Below are positions 9,989 to 19,864 of a DNA stretch of 32,000 nucleotides, one piece after another. The notes beneath the pieces were generated by a model that saw only the letters and a list, made by a program, of their open reading frames with translations, was not told where the DNA came from and did no database searches. The position numbers and the translations under genes are program-made. Origin of the DNA: Halalkalibacterium halodurans (GTDB taxonomy: Bacteria > Bacillota > Bacilli > Bacillales > Bacillaceae_D); NCBI RefSeq assembly GCF_004376175.1, contig NZ_SNUY01000001.1, forward strand, positions 106,475 to 138,474, written 5' to 3'. Positions within the stretch are counted from its first letter, which is position 1. Each line of letters begins with the position of its first letter.

Positions 9989-12900
9989 TCAGCTCTCATC
10001 CTCGTATGTGCTCACAACGACATGTTCTTTTCCGACTAATTGTTCGAGTTCATGTAAGAGTGTAAAGGAGAGGGAAACGTGATATTTTTCCGGGAGCTGA
10101 ATCGTTTTTCTTTGTTTCTCGTAGTACATGACAACAGGCGTTGGGCCATGGTGGACTTGAAGCAACCGCCGAATATCGTTTAACCGTTCCACTTCTTTCT
10201 CAACGTCTGCCGTTATTTTTAAAAACAGCTTTTCCTTTTCTTTTTTTAGCATGTGCTTTAGTGGCAAAACTTTATCGACTAATAGCTGCAGCTCTTCGGA
10301 GCGGCCCCGATCCATCTTTCCTTCGACAAAATAAAGCTCGCCTTCCTTTAATCCCCATTCGTACATCGCCCAAACGGCCGGAAAAACAACAGCTTCCCAT
10401 TCCCCTGTTTCATCACTCATCGTGAGAAAACCCATCACCTCACCGCGTTTTGTTCGAATCCGGCGAATTCGATGGATCATGCCTGCCAATTTTACAAAAC
10501 GTCGCTCGGCTCCTTCCAAATATGTTAACCGATCATATTGCCTGAGCGATTCGGTATAGGCAAGCAGTGGATGACCACTAAGATAAAACCCGACTGCTTC
10601 CTTTTCATAAGCTAGCTTTTCTAAGTCGGTCAAGGGCTCTACCTTTATATACTCTGGCTCTTCTACACTTAGCTGAAACAGCCCCCCAGTATTTTCTTGG
10701 AACTCTTTCACTTGTTCAGCAAACTGAAAGGCTTCTTCAATGTTGGCTAGAAGGGTAGCTCGCTCCCCCAGCTCATCAAGAGCTCCTGCTTTAATCAGAC
10801 TTTCCATCACTCGGCTAGTAACGATACGGCCATCTACTCGCGAGCACAGGTCGAACAGACTGCGAACAGGCGCTTCACGTCGTGCCTTGATAAGTTCGCG
10901 GATCGCTCGAACACTCACATAGCGCAACGGTAAAAGTGGGAAGCGGACCCCTTCTTCCTCTTCGCTAAAATGGATATCACTTTTCGAAAGGGAAGGAGGA
11001 AGCACTCGGATTCCTTGTTGCTTCATCTCTTGAAGGAGCCGTTCCAATTTTTCAGGTTGATTCCAAATGGTTGAGGCAAGCGCCGCGTAAAATGATCTAG
11101 GATAATGGGCTTTTAAATAGGCAAGCTGATAGGCAAGCATGCTGTAGGCAACTGCATGGCTTTTATTAAATCCATAGTTGGCAAAACGAACGATCAGCTC
11201 ATATATTTTTTTAGCCGTCTCTTGCTCATAGCCTTGGCGGACGGCTCCCGTAACAAATGCCTCCTCTTGCTGGCGTAACGCTTCTCCCTTTTTCTTACTT
11301 ATTGCTCGTCGCAGCAAATCGGCCTCACCTAAACTAAAGCCAGCCATTTTTGCGGCGATTTGCATAATTTGTTCCTGATAAACAATGACACCATATGTTG
11401 AGCTTAAAATCGGCTCTAAGTCTGGATGGAGATAAGTAATTTCCTTTGTCCCTTCTTTTCCTTGAATGTAATCAGGTATAAACTCCATCGGCCCTGGTCT
11501 GTAGAGGGCGTTGACAGCGACAATATCTGCGAAAGTATTTGGCTTTAACTCACGTAGCACTTTCCGCATTCCCCCAGATTCTAGCTGAAAGACACCTGTC
11601 GTTTCCCCCTTGGCAAGTAAGGCGAATGTTTTTGCATCGTTTAAGGGGAGCTGCTTTACATTGAGAGAATGGCCGTACGTTTCCCTCACTCGTTTGACGA
11701 CCATTTCTAGCAATGTCAAATTACGCAATCCAAGAAAATCCATTTTAATTAAGCCAACATCCTCGACTGTTTCCATCGTCCCTTGCGTGAGAGGCACCTC
11801 TCCTTGCCCATGCTGTAAAGCAATGACCTCTGTCAACGGCTGTTCACTGATCACGACCCCGGCTGCATGGGTAGACGTATGCCGCGGCAGCCCCTCTACC
11901 TTGCGCGCGAGCTTCATCACTTTTTGCGCCTCATCGGAAGCGTGCACGAGCTGTCGGAGCCGTTCGTTCTCATTATAAGCTTTTACCAATGTCATCCCAG
12001 GTCTACCGGAAATCTCTTTGCTAATTTTTTCAATGACGTTTGGCGGGATCGCGAGTGCCTTTCCTACATCACGTACCGAGGCTCTTGCAGCCAACGTACC
12101 GAATGTGAGGATTTGCGCTACTCGATTCGCCCCGTACTTTTTCTTCACGTAAACAATCACTTCTTCGCGGCGATGATCAGGGAAGTCAAGATCGATGTCA
12201 GGCAAGGAAATACGTTCTGGATTTAAGAAACGTTCAAACAGTAAATCATAGTGGAGCGGGTCTACGTCGGTAATAAATAACACATACGCCACTAATGAGC
12301 CGGCGACAGAACCTCTTCCCGGCCCTGTTACAATCGACGCTTCCCGAGCGAATCGCATAAAATCCCACACGATTAAAAAGTAATCGCTAAAGCCCATTCT
12401 CTCAATAACCGCCAATTCTTCTCCTAAGCGTTGCGCCTTCTCTTTGGTCCATTCTTCCCCATATCGCTCTTTCGCCCCTTGTTCACAAAGCTTGCGCAAG
12501 TAGTCCTCAGCTGATTGTTCATTAGGCGTTTGAAATTTCGGTAACCTTGGCTTACCAAGCGTAAGTTCAACATGGCAACGATCGGCTAGCTTTTTCGTAT
12601 TTTGCAACGCTTCTGGATAAGCTCGAAACGTTTGCTCCATCTCAGTCAACGTGAAAAAGCAAACATCCTCCTCTTGTTCGATTCTTAATTCTTCTACGAG
12701 AACACCTTCGCGAATCGCCTGAATCACTTTCCACGCGTCTAAATCTTCTCGCTCTAATACTTGAATATGCTGACTGCACACAAGGGGAATCGCTAGCTTT
12801 GCCGCCAATTGATTGATCGGTTCAACTTTAGAACGGTCCGTGCCTTGAATTTCTAAATAAACGGATTCCCCTCCAAGATGATCTTTGAGAAACTGGATAA

Positions 12901-13339
12901 ATCGCTCTCCTCGTTCTAGCGCTTCATCTTCGAGACAAGCGCGAACAAATCCTCCTGAATATGGAATGACGTACAACAAGTCGTCCTTATACGCGAGAAG
13001 CTCTTCCCACGTCACATATTTTTCTTTTTCCTCGCGGCATTGAATGATCGTTGAAAGCTTCAAAAGGTGCTCATACCCTTTATTGGAGCGGGCATATAAG
13101 AGAAGGTCACTCTCTCGATCCTCTGCAAATCGAACGGTGGTCTCCATCCCGATAATCGGTTTCAATCCTGATTCTTTACAAGCTTTGTAAAAAGGAACAG
13201 CCCCATACATGACATGGCGATCGGTTAATGCCAATGCAGAAAACTGGGCTGCTTTTGCCTTTTCTACTAGTGCTGGAATCCGACACATGCTTGAGAGAAG
13301 GGTGTATTCACTATGTACGTGTATATGAACACTTTCCAT
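9989..13339 (-). CDS. dnaE: DNA polymerase III alpha subunit, DnaE type
   Basis: ORF 9989..13354. It has a PHP domain N-terminus (VHIHVHSEYTLLSS...LALTDRHVMYGAVPFYKAC) and motifs FNKSHAVAYSMLAYQLAYLKAHYP and LGLIKMDFLGLRNLT. The ATG at 13339 (1116 aa) has GAGGGAAG upstream. Confidence 0.96.
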   Translation of the reverse strand: MESVHIHVHSEYTLLSSMCRIPALVEKAKAAQFSALALTDRHVMYGAVPFYKACKESGLKPIIGMETTVRFAEDRESDLLLYARSNKGYEHLLKLSTIIQCREEKEKYVTWEELLAYKDDLLYVIPYSGGFVRACLEDEALERGERFIQFLKDHLGGESVYLEIQGTDRSKVEPINQLAAKLAIPLVCSQHIQVLEREDLDAWKVIQAIREGVLVEELRIEQEEDVCFFTLTEMEQTFRAYPEALQNTKKLADRCHVELTLGKPRLPKFQTPNEQSAEDYLRKLCEQGAKERYGEEWTKEKAQRLGEELAVIERMGFSDYFLIVWDFMRFAREASIVTGPGRGSVAGSLVAYVLFITDVDPLHYDLLFERFLNPERISLPDIDLDFPDHRREEVIVYVKKKYGANRVAQILTFGTLAARASVRDVGKALAIPPNVIEKISKEISGRPGMTLVKAYNENERLRQLVHASDEAQKVMKLARKVEGLPRHTSTHAAGVVISEQPLTEVIALQHGQGEVPLTQGTMETVEDVGLIKMDFLGLRNLTLLEMVVKRVRETYGHSLNVKQLPLNDAKTFALLAKGETTGVFQLESGGMRKVLRELKPNTFADIVAVNALYRPGPMEFIPDYIQGKEGTKEITYLHPDLEPILSSTYGVIVYQEQIMQIAAKMAGFSLGEADLLRRAISKKKGEALRQQEEAFVTGAVRQGYEQETAKKIYELIVRFANYGFNKSHAVAYSMLAYQLAYLKAHYPRSFYAALASTIWNQPEKLERLLQEMKQQGIRVLPPSLSKSDIHFSEEEEGVRFPLLPLRYVSVRAIRELIKARREAPVRSLFDLCSRVDGRIVTSRVMESLIKAGALDELGERATLLANIEEAFQFAEQVKEFQENTGGLFQLSVEEPEYIKVEPLTDLEKLAYEKEAVGFYLSGHPLLAYTESLRQYDRLTYLEGAERRFVKLAGMIHRIRRIRTKRGEVMGFLTMSDETGEWEAVVFPAVWAMYEWGLKEGELYFVEGKMDRGRSEELQLLVDKVLPLKHMLKKEKEKLFLKITADVEKEVERLNDIRRLLQVHHGPTPVVMYYEKQRKTIQLPEKYHVSLSFTLLHELEQLVGKEHVVVSTYEDES

Positions 13340-13511
13340 CGAAGCTTCCCTCATTTCTTATCTGTTTCGTTTCTATTTTCTATTATAGTATGTCTTTTTC
13401 TCTTATGTCAGCTTTCCACCTTCGGGACAGCATATTCTTGTCCACTGACGACTATACATAGTAACAGCATTTCATAGCGGGAATGATTTATACGACAAGG
13501 AGAGAGGGACG

Positions 13512-13847
13512 ATGGACAGAGAATTCTTAGCAACATTAGTGATTGATTTTTTCGTCGCCTTTGGAGTCCTCATTGGGGGAACGTTAATTGGGGGGATGGG
13601 AGCGTATTTAATAGGCAAACCCCCGTTGCAAGTCATGCATGACCTGGCAGGAAGCTTAAAAATTTGGGCAATCGTTGCTGCGATTGGAGGTTCATTTGAT
13701 GCGATTACGAGCTTAGAGCGCGGACTATTCACCGGAGCTCATGATGATATTTTCAAAACATTGTTTATGGTGTTTTTCGCCCTTTGCGGTGCACACTCAG
13801 GTACGCTGTTAGTGCAGTGGATTGTTGGGGAGCAGCATGTCCTATGA
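13512..13847 (+). CDS. ytrH: Sporulation membrane protein YtrH
   Basis: 111-aa hydrophobic ORF with RBS AAGGAGAGAGGGA. It is divergent from dnaE and followed by ytrI, as in B. subtilis. The name is assigned from synteny and my recollection of the family. Confidence 0.75.
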   Translation: MDREFLATLVIDFFVAFGVLIGGTLIGGMGAYLIGKPPLQVMHDLAGSLKIWAIVAAIGGSFDAITSLERGLFTGAHDDIFKTLFMVFFALCGAHSGTLLVQWIVGEQHVL

Positions 13848-14350
13848 GAGTGCCTCCTTATTATCGTCGGCCCGGTTGGCAGCGTTTTTTCGCCGGATTG
13901 ATCATTGGAATTTTGATCGGCTGGGTGTTTTTCTTATTGCAGTACGGACCGATCCACGATGAGCTCATTTTAGAACGGAGCAAACAGCAGGCAGAGGTCG
14001 CTCAACTAAAAGAGCGAATTGATGATCTCGTTCGTAAGCAAAATGAACAAAATGAGGAGAATCAAAAAAAATTAACGATTCAAGAAATCGAAATTTCCTT
14101 TACGAATGCACGGAGCCTTCGTTTAAACCAGCTTACCCTCTATGAGCTTCATCAGCAAGCGATAGAGGAGCTCCACTTTTTAGAACAGAGAGACATTGAA
14201 ACGGTTGCTAACATGAAAGACCTTATGATCTCGACCCTTGAGAATAAAGTATTTTCCATCAACGATAGTCGCTACCAGCTGGACGTCGAAGAGGTTTATT
14301 TATTTACAACCTTGCATATTTACGCGAAAATAGTCCCTGCTTCTTCATAA
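13844..14350 (+). CDS. ytrI: Sporulation membrane protein YtrI
   Basis: ORF 13784..14350. I placed the start at the ATG at 13844, which overlaps the ytrH stop as ATGA. The product is MRVPPYYRRPGWQRFFAGLIIGILIGWVFFLL..., 168 aa, with one TM segment and a coiled-coil region. Confidence 0.72.
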   Translation: MRVPPYYRRPGWQRFFAGLIIGILIGWVFFLLQYGPIHDELILERSKQQAEVAQLKERIDDLVRKQNEQNEENQKKLTIQEIEISFTNARSLRLNQLTLYELHQQAIEELHFLEQRDIETVANMKDLMISTLENKVFSINDSRYQLDVEEVYLFTTLHIYAKIVPASS

Positions 14351-14466
14351 CGATCTATGACGTTTTTCTGAATATTTCTCCCTTTCCTTTCCAAGACAAA
14401 CCGTTATCCTGTATACTATATAAAAGGAAAACTAACGCGATTTGTAAAAAGGAAGGAGTGAATGAA

Positions 14467-14691
14467 ATGGATGTAACCGGTAAAGAAATGATCATTAACC
14501 GTAAGGAAATGGCCTTAAAAAAGGTGGAAAAGATCAAGGCAGGTTATTCTGCATTTGCCGAAAGCAAAGAAGTATCCGATTTCATTCGCAAAGAACTCAA
14601 ACGATTAGGGATCGACGACGTATATGAGGACATAACTGAGCTTGGCTCTTGGTTCATTCCAGCAAACCAGCGGGATGAAGATCATAAGTAA
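14467..14691 (+). CDS. Small hypothetical cytoplasmic protein (74 aa)
   Basis: ORF 14458..14691. The ATG at 14467 lies 8 nt after GGAAGGAG. A possible TTCCAA-17 nt-TATACT promoter is at 14389-14417, and a strong terminator follows. I recognise no family. Confidence 0.55.
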   Translation: MDVTGKEMIINRKEMALKKVEKIKAGYSAFAESKEVSDFIRKELKRLGIDDVYEDITELGSWFIPANQRDEDHK

Positions 14692-14724
14692 ATCTAAGTA
14701 GCAAAGAGACTGGGACAAACGTAT

Positions 14725-14768
14725 AAAAAGGTTCGGATCATCAAAATAAAATGATCCGAACCTTTTTT
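14725..14768. terminator. Bidirectional rho-independent terminator
   Basis: AAAAAGGTTCGGATCAT-CAAAATAAA-ATGATCCGAACCTTTTTT. It has a perfect 12-13 bp stem, with an A-run 5' and a T-run 3'. Confidence 0.85.
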
Positions 14769-15170
14769 CTGTTGATTCGTGGGATCGCCTGTTGTTTGAT
14801 TTGCGTTTATGGCCGTAAACGCAAACCCTCATTCATTTCTGACATTCTCGTTGCCTCTGACGGACATTCGAGTGACACGCAAATGAGCCTTCAGATAACT
14901 AAAAACCGATTTTTACGTCGACCTTACACTGACCATAGATTGCCCCCCGTTTTCTCGTCTGAAAGCATCTGTTGAATCTTTATTTGTTGTTCCTATTTTT
15001 CATTGATTAAGATTTCCCCACTCACGGAGGAGGCCTTGAACTTCCGAATGAACACGGAACCGATAAATGGTTCGGTCAATAGGCTTATAAGCATACGAAT
15101 ACTGCTAAGGTATCCTTTTTGTGTATACGCATGACTAGACGGACGTTTCCAAGCTGATGGTCAAAATCAC

Positions 15171-15253
15171 GAGACGCCTGCGGGAAAAGCAAGAACTGAA
15201 GATCCATCGGGGTGATTTTCCCCGATTAGCTAAAGCCTTGTCCGCGGCAAGGG
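15171..15253 (+). repeat. Copy A of a structured intergenic repeat (CTGCGGGAAAAGCAA...CCGCGGCAA core)
   Basis: It shares its core, and the exact 70-nt distance from CTGCGGG to CCGCGG, with 27031-27116. The internal hairpin is ATCGGGG/CCCCGAT (15206-15212 / 15220-15226). See findings. Confidence 0.55.
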
Positions 15254-15444
15254 AGTGGTTTTTGAAACAATCAACGCCATATAAAATAAGAGTGGCACTC
15301 ATCACCGTGGCGGGTGCCACCCCCATATGTTAGAGTATCCGTCTAACGACTGGAAGACAGACGACAAACTAGTATCGTGCAATTAAGTTTAACGTCATTG
15401 GTGGCTTCCTTGCAAAGAAGTTTTTGGCGGTAAGCCAAGCTTTC

Positions 15445-16389
15445 CTAACGTCTAAAATCGCTAGCCACCCGCCGGAGCTTCTCTACAATCTTATCTGTTT
15501 CCTCCCAGCTCTTCGCCTTCGCTCCTGCTGCCATCGGGTGTCCGCCCCCGTTATGTTCCATCGCCACCGTATTGATTACTGGTCCTTTTGAGCGGAGGCG
15601 CACACGGATTGTCTCTCCATCTTCAACGAAAAATACCCATGTGAGTAACCCTTCCACATCGGAAAAGCTGTTAACAAAAGCCGCTGATTCGTTCGCCGTC
15701 ACATCATATTCAGCCAACAGTTCACTTGTCAGCTTCATGACTCCGACACAACCATCAATGATGGAAAAATGTTGAAGAATGTAGCCTTCTAACCTCGTTT
15801 GCTTTAATTCACGACGATGGAGTCCGCTGTAAAAATCATTCGTCTCGATCCCTTGTTCAAGAAGAAGGGCTACATGGCGTAACGTTTTCGGTGTCGTGTT
15901 ATCATAACGGAATCTTCCCGTATCACCAACGATTCCAGCATATAGTAAAAGAGCACTCTCTTTGCTCAAGTTATACCCTTCCTCCTTTCCGGCAAGGAAC
16001 AAGTCGACAATCATCTCGCTTGTGGAGCTTGCCGATGGATCCACCCAGACAATATCGCCGTATGGCTCCTCATTTGGGTGGTGGTCGATCTTTACGAGCT
16101 TGTCGCCCCGTGCATATCGTTGATCGCTGATTCGTTCCTCGTTCGCTGTGTCACATACGATGACGAGCGCCCCTTCGAACTTTTCATCATCAAGCTCGTC
16201 CATGTTGGCTAAAAATCCGAGCGATGGTTCTTCATCCCCGACAACAAACACGTTCTTTTCTGGATATCGCTCGCGAATAAGTGTCGCTAGCCCAACCTGT
16301 GAGCCAATGGCATCAGGATCTGGTCGTTCATGACGGTGGATTATGATTTGATCATAGGCCGCAATGGCTTGTAGAATGTCGTGCTTCAT
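15445..16389 (-). CDS. nrnA: Bifunctional oligoribonuclease / pAp phosphatase NrnA (DHH-DHHA1)
   Basis: 314-aa ORF. It carries DHH-family motifs (IIIHRHERPDPDAIGS, VCDTAN, KIDHH, GGGHPMAAGA). RBS is GAAGGGGA. Confidence 0.9.
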   Translation of the reverse strand: MKHDILQAIAAYDQIIIHRHERPDPDAIGSQVGLATLIRERYPEKNVFVVGDEEPSLGFLANMDELDDEKFEGALVIVCDTANEERISDQRYARGDKLVKIDHHPNEEPYGDIVWVDPSASSTSEMIVDLFLAGKEEGYNLSKESALLLYAGIVGDTGRFRYDNTTPKTLRHVALLLEQGIETNDFYSGLHRRELKQTRLEGYILQHFSIIDGCVGVMKLTSELLAEYDVTANESAAFVNSFSDVEGLLTWVFFVEDGETIRVRLRSKGPVINTVAMEHNGGGHPMAAGAKAKSWEETDKIVEKLRRVASDFRR

Positions 16390-16494
16390 CTTCTATCCCC
16401 TTCTCTCTCGTCAATAGTTGCTGTACTGGCTTTTCCTTTCATTTCACGTTAGAATAAAAACAAATCACAATTGTTTTCGTGCAGGAGGATGTTT

Positions 16495-16782
16495 ATGGCT
16501 GTTTTATTTACCGCACTTGTGTTTATCTCGATCGGCTTGTTTTTATATTTTAAAATAAAAGCGTGGAGAACACCCGAATCGCTGCTCAAACGAATTCACG
16601 AATCAAAAGCGAGCATCGCCTCCGGTGTATTTCTTACCGCGTTTGGTATTAACCTGTTAGTCGGCCTGCGCGGCACGGTCGATTTAATTGTAGGGCTTGT
16701 CTTCGTAGGCTTCGGTGGTTTCATCCTCTACCACGGCATTCGTGCCTACCAACATTATGTACCACAACTGAAAAACCAATAA
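16495..16782 (+). CDS. ytpI: Small membrane protein YtpI-like
   Basis: ORF 16471..16782. The ATG at 16495 lies 6 nt after AGGAGG. The product is 95 aa with 3 predicted TM segments. Its position between nrnA and ytoI matches B. subtilis ytpI. Confidence 0.7.
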   Translation: MAVLFTALVFISIGLFLYFKIKAWRTPESLLKRIHESKASIASGVFLTAFGINLLVGLRGTVDLIVGLVFVGFGGFILYHGIRAYQHYVPQLKNQ

Positions 16783-16795
16783 CCATTTTTGCGTC

Positions 16796-16827
16796 AAAAG
16801 AGACTTGGATAACCCAAGCCTCTTTTT
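16796..16827. terminator. Bidirectional terminator shared by ytpI (+) and ytoI (-)
   Basis: AAAAGAGACTTGG-ATAA-CCCAAGCCTCTTTTT hairpin with one mismatch. It lies between the two convergent stop codons. Confidence 0.75.
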
Positions 16828-16828
16828 G

Positions 16829-18145
16829 TTAATCGATGATTTGCGCCATAAACAAGGCCTTCCCAACAATTTCTCCTTCATGGTACATTTCCACATCTAT
16901 TTTCCCATGCTTACGACCAATTTCTAACACCCGTGGTCGTATCGTTAAACGGCTGTCAATCTGAACTGGCTTGAGGAAGTAAAGGGTGATGTTTTCGACG
17001 ACGAGATCCCCTTTTTTATACTTTCGAAGAACCCGGCTACCGGACTCAATAACGAGAGACGTCATGACACCGTGCGAGATCGTTCCTAATTGATTCGTCA
17101 TTTGCGGCGTAATTTCTACCTCATATGAATCCCCTTGGTCGGAACTACTTTCATTCAGGCCATTTGTCATCAAATCTTCAATCGTCTCTCCGACATGGGG
17201 CTGACGTTGAATCATTTGTAGCGCTTTTAGCACATCCTGACGACTGACCACACCGATTAACTTCCGGTGAGAGTCTATGACTGGGAGGAGCTCAATCCCT
17301 TCCCAGACCATGACATGGGCGACGGCAGCTACGGACGTACGTTCACTGACCGTGATTGGATTTTTCGTCATGACCTTTTCGATCGGTGTATGCCGGCTCG
17401 CGTTCAGGACATCTTTCGCAGCAACCATCCCTTGAATCTTCATGTTCTCATCAATTACAGGGTAGCGGCTATGTCCTGTCTTCTCATTTAATTCATGCCA
17501 CTTCCCAACGACATTTTCCGTTGTCATGTAGTACGTATCTTGTAGTGGGATTAAAATATCGTCCACAAGAGTGATTTCCTTTTTGATTAACTGATCGTAA
17601 ATCGCCCGGTTAATCATGGTTGCAACGGTAAACGTATCATAGCTCGTTGAGATCACTGGAAGATCTAGCTCATCCGCTAATTTAATCGCTTCATCACTCG
17701 TATCAAAGCCCCCGGTAATTAACACTGCTGCGCCTGCTTCCAGGGCAATTTGGTGTACCTGATAGCGGTTCCCTACAATCAAAAGGTTGCCTGGCTCCAC
17801 ATACCGCATCATCGCATCTAGCTTCATCGCTCCAATGACAAAACGATTGAGGGTTTTATGGAGACCGTCTCGACCACCGAGAACTTGTCCATCAACGATG
17901 TTTACCACTTCTGCATAAGTCAGCTTTTCGATGTTTTCTTTCTGTTTCTTCTCGATTCGAATCGTACCAACCCGTTCAATCGTGCTGACAAGTCCTTGAT
18001 TTTCCGCCTCTTTAATTGCACGATAAGCCGTTCCTTCACTCACTTGAAGATCCTTGGCAATTCGGCGGACCGAAATTTTTTCACCCACCTCTAAATTCGT
18101 AATATACTGCAAAATTTGTTCATGCTTTGTCGCCAATCCCTTCAC
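16829..18145 (-). CDS. ytoI: CBS-domain protein YtoI-like (N-terminal HTH/DRTGG, two CBS, C-terminal hotdog-like domain)
   Basis: 438-aa ORF reading KHEQILQYITNLEVGEKISVRRIAKDLQVSEGTAYRAIKEAENQGLVSTIERVGTIRIE..., followed by CBS pairs. The start is either the GTG at 18145 or the TTG at 18136 after GAGGTGA. Confidence 0.85.
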   Translation of the reverse strand: MKGLATKHEQILQYITNLEVGEKISVRRIAKDLQVSEGTAYRAIKEAENQGLVSTIERVGTIRIEKKQKENIEKLTYAEVVNIVDGQVLGGRDGLHKTLNRFVIGAMKLDAMMRYVEPGNLLIVGNRYQVHQIALEAGAAVLITGGFDTSDEAIKLADELDLPVISTSYDTFTVATMINRAIYDQLIKKEITLVDDILIPLQDTYYMTTENVVGKWHELNEKTGHSRYPVIDENMKIQGMVAAKDVLNASRHTPIEKVMTKNPITVSERTSVAAVAHVMVWEGIELLPVIDSHRKLIGVVSRQDVLKALQMIQRQPHVGETIEDLMTNGLNESSSDQGDSYEVEITPQMTNQLGTISHGVMTSLVIESGSRVLRKYKKGDLVVENITLYFLKPVQIDSRLTIRPRVLEIGRKHGKIDVEMYHEGEIVGKALFMAQIID

Positions 18146-18229
18146 CTCGCTTTCACTCGTTATCTGTACTTGTCTGTAAAATATAACTGTATTACTAAAT
18201 TATACGAGTGATGAATTGGCGTTTCAACC

Positions 18230-18478
18230 TTATCTTACGTAGCGTTTAACCTTTTTTGCCTCCCGTTTGTGTTTTGATTGAAATTGAGCGTTTGTTTTCG
18301 TTTGATTTCTTTTATATAACAGTGCAGCTCCATTTCCACCGATTACGAGTAAGGCGAACCCCATCCACAAGACCGCAAACAAATAAGCAAGGCCGGTTTC
18401 ATGGAGGGGTAGACGTGGCAGCCCATATATTATAAGAGCCAAACCTAATAAAAAACAGAGCAAATAGCGCTGATTCAT
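18230..18478 (-). CDS. Hypothetical small membrane protein (82 aa, 2 TM, basic C-terminus)
   Basis: ORF with RBS AAGGGAGATGG upstream of the ATG. It has two hydrophobic segments and a Lys/Arg-rich tail. Confidence 0.6.
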   Translation of the reverse strand: MNQRYLLCFLLGLALIIYGLPRLPLHETGLAYLFAVLWMGFALLVIGGNGAALLYKRNQTKTNAQFQSKHKREAKKVKRYVR

Positions 18479-18629
18479 ATGACCATCTCCCTTTCGGACA
18501 AGTACAGCTCGTTACATTGTATGCTGCTTACTGCGGAAGAGAACGGAAAATCATTCGTATTTGATGGTCTAACAAAAAAGTCCCCAAAGAATCATCGTTA
18601 CTTCTCCGGAGATCTCTCCTTACGAGTAT

Positions 18630-18839
18630 TCAGTGGCAAGTAAAAGAATAGCTGTTTGTCATTTGATTATGAACAATCGTTTCTACTTCTCCACCTACTT
18701 TCTCACATCCAGATATTAACTGTTCTAACTCTTTATGATTCATAGCTCTAGCCGACAGCGTTAACAAAGAAAGAACAAGCAACGCCGTGCACAAAACGAT
18801 GGACCTGTTAAATATATGGTTATTTTTCAATTTTCTCAT
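18630..18839 (-). CDS. Hypothetical small secreted protein (69 aa, signal peptide, 2 Cys)
   Basis: ORF with RBS AAGGAG 7 nt upstream. The N-terminus has a signal-like segment, IVLCTALLVLSLLTLSARA. Confidence 0.55.
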   Translation of the reverse strand: MRKLKNNHIFNRSIVLCTALLVLSLLTLSARAMNHKELEQLISGCEKVGGEVETIVHNQMTNSYSFTCH

Positions 18840-18956
18840 TTTACATACTCCTTCTTTCGATTACCCTTGCTACCAATTGATGAAAACATTTATGCTAGCT
18901 CAAACAGGAAGAGGCTTTAACCTATAAAAAAGATTAAGCCCCTTTTACGTTTCACT

Positions 18957-19637
18957 TTATAATTCAATTACCTCGCCAACGGCTAATGCTCTTCCTTTTT
19001 TCCCTGACAGTGACTCTGCAAATGCGACAGGGTCTTGCTCAATGACAGGGAATGTGTTGTAGTGGATCGGAACTACTGTTTTGGCTTGTAACCACTCTGC
19101 GGCGACTGCTGCATCTTCAGGCCCCATTGTAAAGTTATCGCCAATTGGTAAAAATGCTACATCAATGGTGTTCCGCTCACCGATTAACTTCATGTCAGAA
19201 AATAGCGCTGTATCGCCTGCATGGAAGATTGTTTTTCCTTCTGCCGTAAAAAGAATTCCACTTGGCATCCCGGTATAGACAATGGTTTGGTTTTCCTCTG
19301 TGTAAGAAGATCCGTGAAATGCTTGCGTTAATTTTACATGGCCGAACTCAAACTGATGGGCTCCGCCAATGTGCATCTCATGAACCTTGACTCCTTTCCA
19401 GCTAAGATATGTAGCTAATTCAAATGGAGCGATCACAAGAGCGTCATTTTGCTTTGCGAGTTGGAGAGTGTCGCCGACGTGATCATTATGACCATGAGTT
19501 AACAAAATCACATCTACCTTCAAGTCATCGACTGATAGGTCTGTCAGCCCATTTCCTGTAATGAATGGATCTATCAGGATCGTCTTTCCTTCTGTTTCAA
19601 TTTTGACAACAGAATGCCCATGATAGCTTACTTTCAT
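18957..19637 (-). CDS. ytkL: UPF0173 metal-dependent hydrolase (metallo-beta-lactamase fold), YtkL-like
   Basis: ORF 18957..19664. From the ATG at 19637 the product is [30 protein letters not shown]...[12 protein letters not shown], 226 aa. RBS is AAGGGAG. Confidence 0.85.
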   Translation of the reverse strand: MKVSYHGHSVVKIETEGKTILIDPFITGNGLTDLSVDDLKVDVILLTHGHNDHVGDTLQLAKQNDALVIAPFELATYLSWKGVKVHEMHIGGAHQFEFGHVKLTQAFHGSSYTEENQTIVYTGMPSGILFTAEGKTIFHAGDTALFSDMKLIGERNTIDVAFLPIGDNFTMGPEDAAVAAEWLQAKTVVPIHYNTFPVIEQDPVAFAESLSGKKGRALAVGEVIEL

Positions 19638-19864
19638 TGCACTCAACTCCCTTTCAATCATCAATCGTCTCTAGTGTCCTTCTTTCCCGGTCTCCCATTG
19701 TTTAAACATCTGTTGTTTTATGGCTTTGGATGGTCCCCTCCTCCTACATCAACACGTGGTTGGAATACCTATCGATTTCCTTTCTAATTTTAACATAAGA
19801 TGGTACGGTAAAAAGGAAGAATGCAGGTTTCGTTTTGAAGCCTAGAGAAAGGAAGCGATAAAAA

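Noticed and set aside
15036-15134. 32-codon ORF (TTG start, MNFRMNTEPINGSVNRLISIRILLRYPFCVYA) 5 nt after GGAGG in the non-coding gap.
   Set aside because: It has a non-ATG start, and its SD is predicted to be paired in a local hairpin. It has no recognisable features, and ORFs this short arise by chance.
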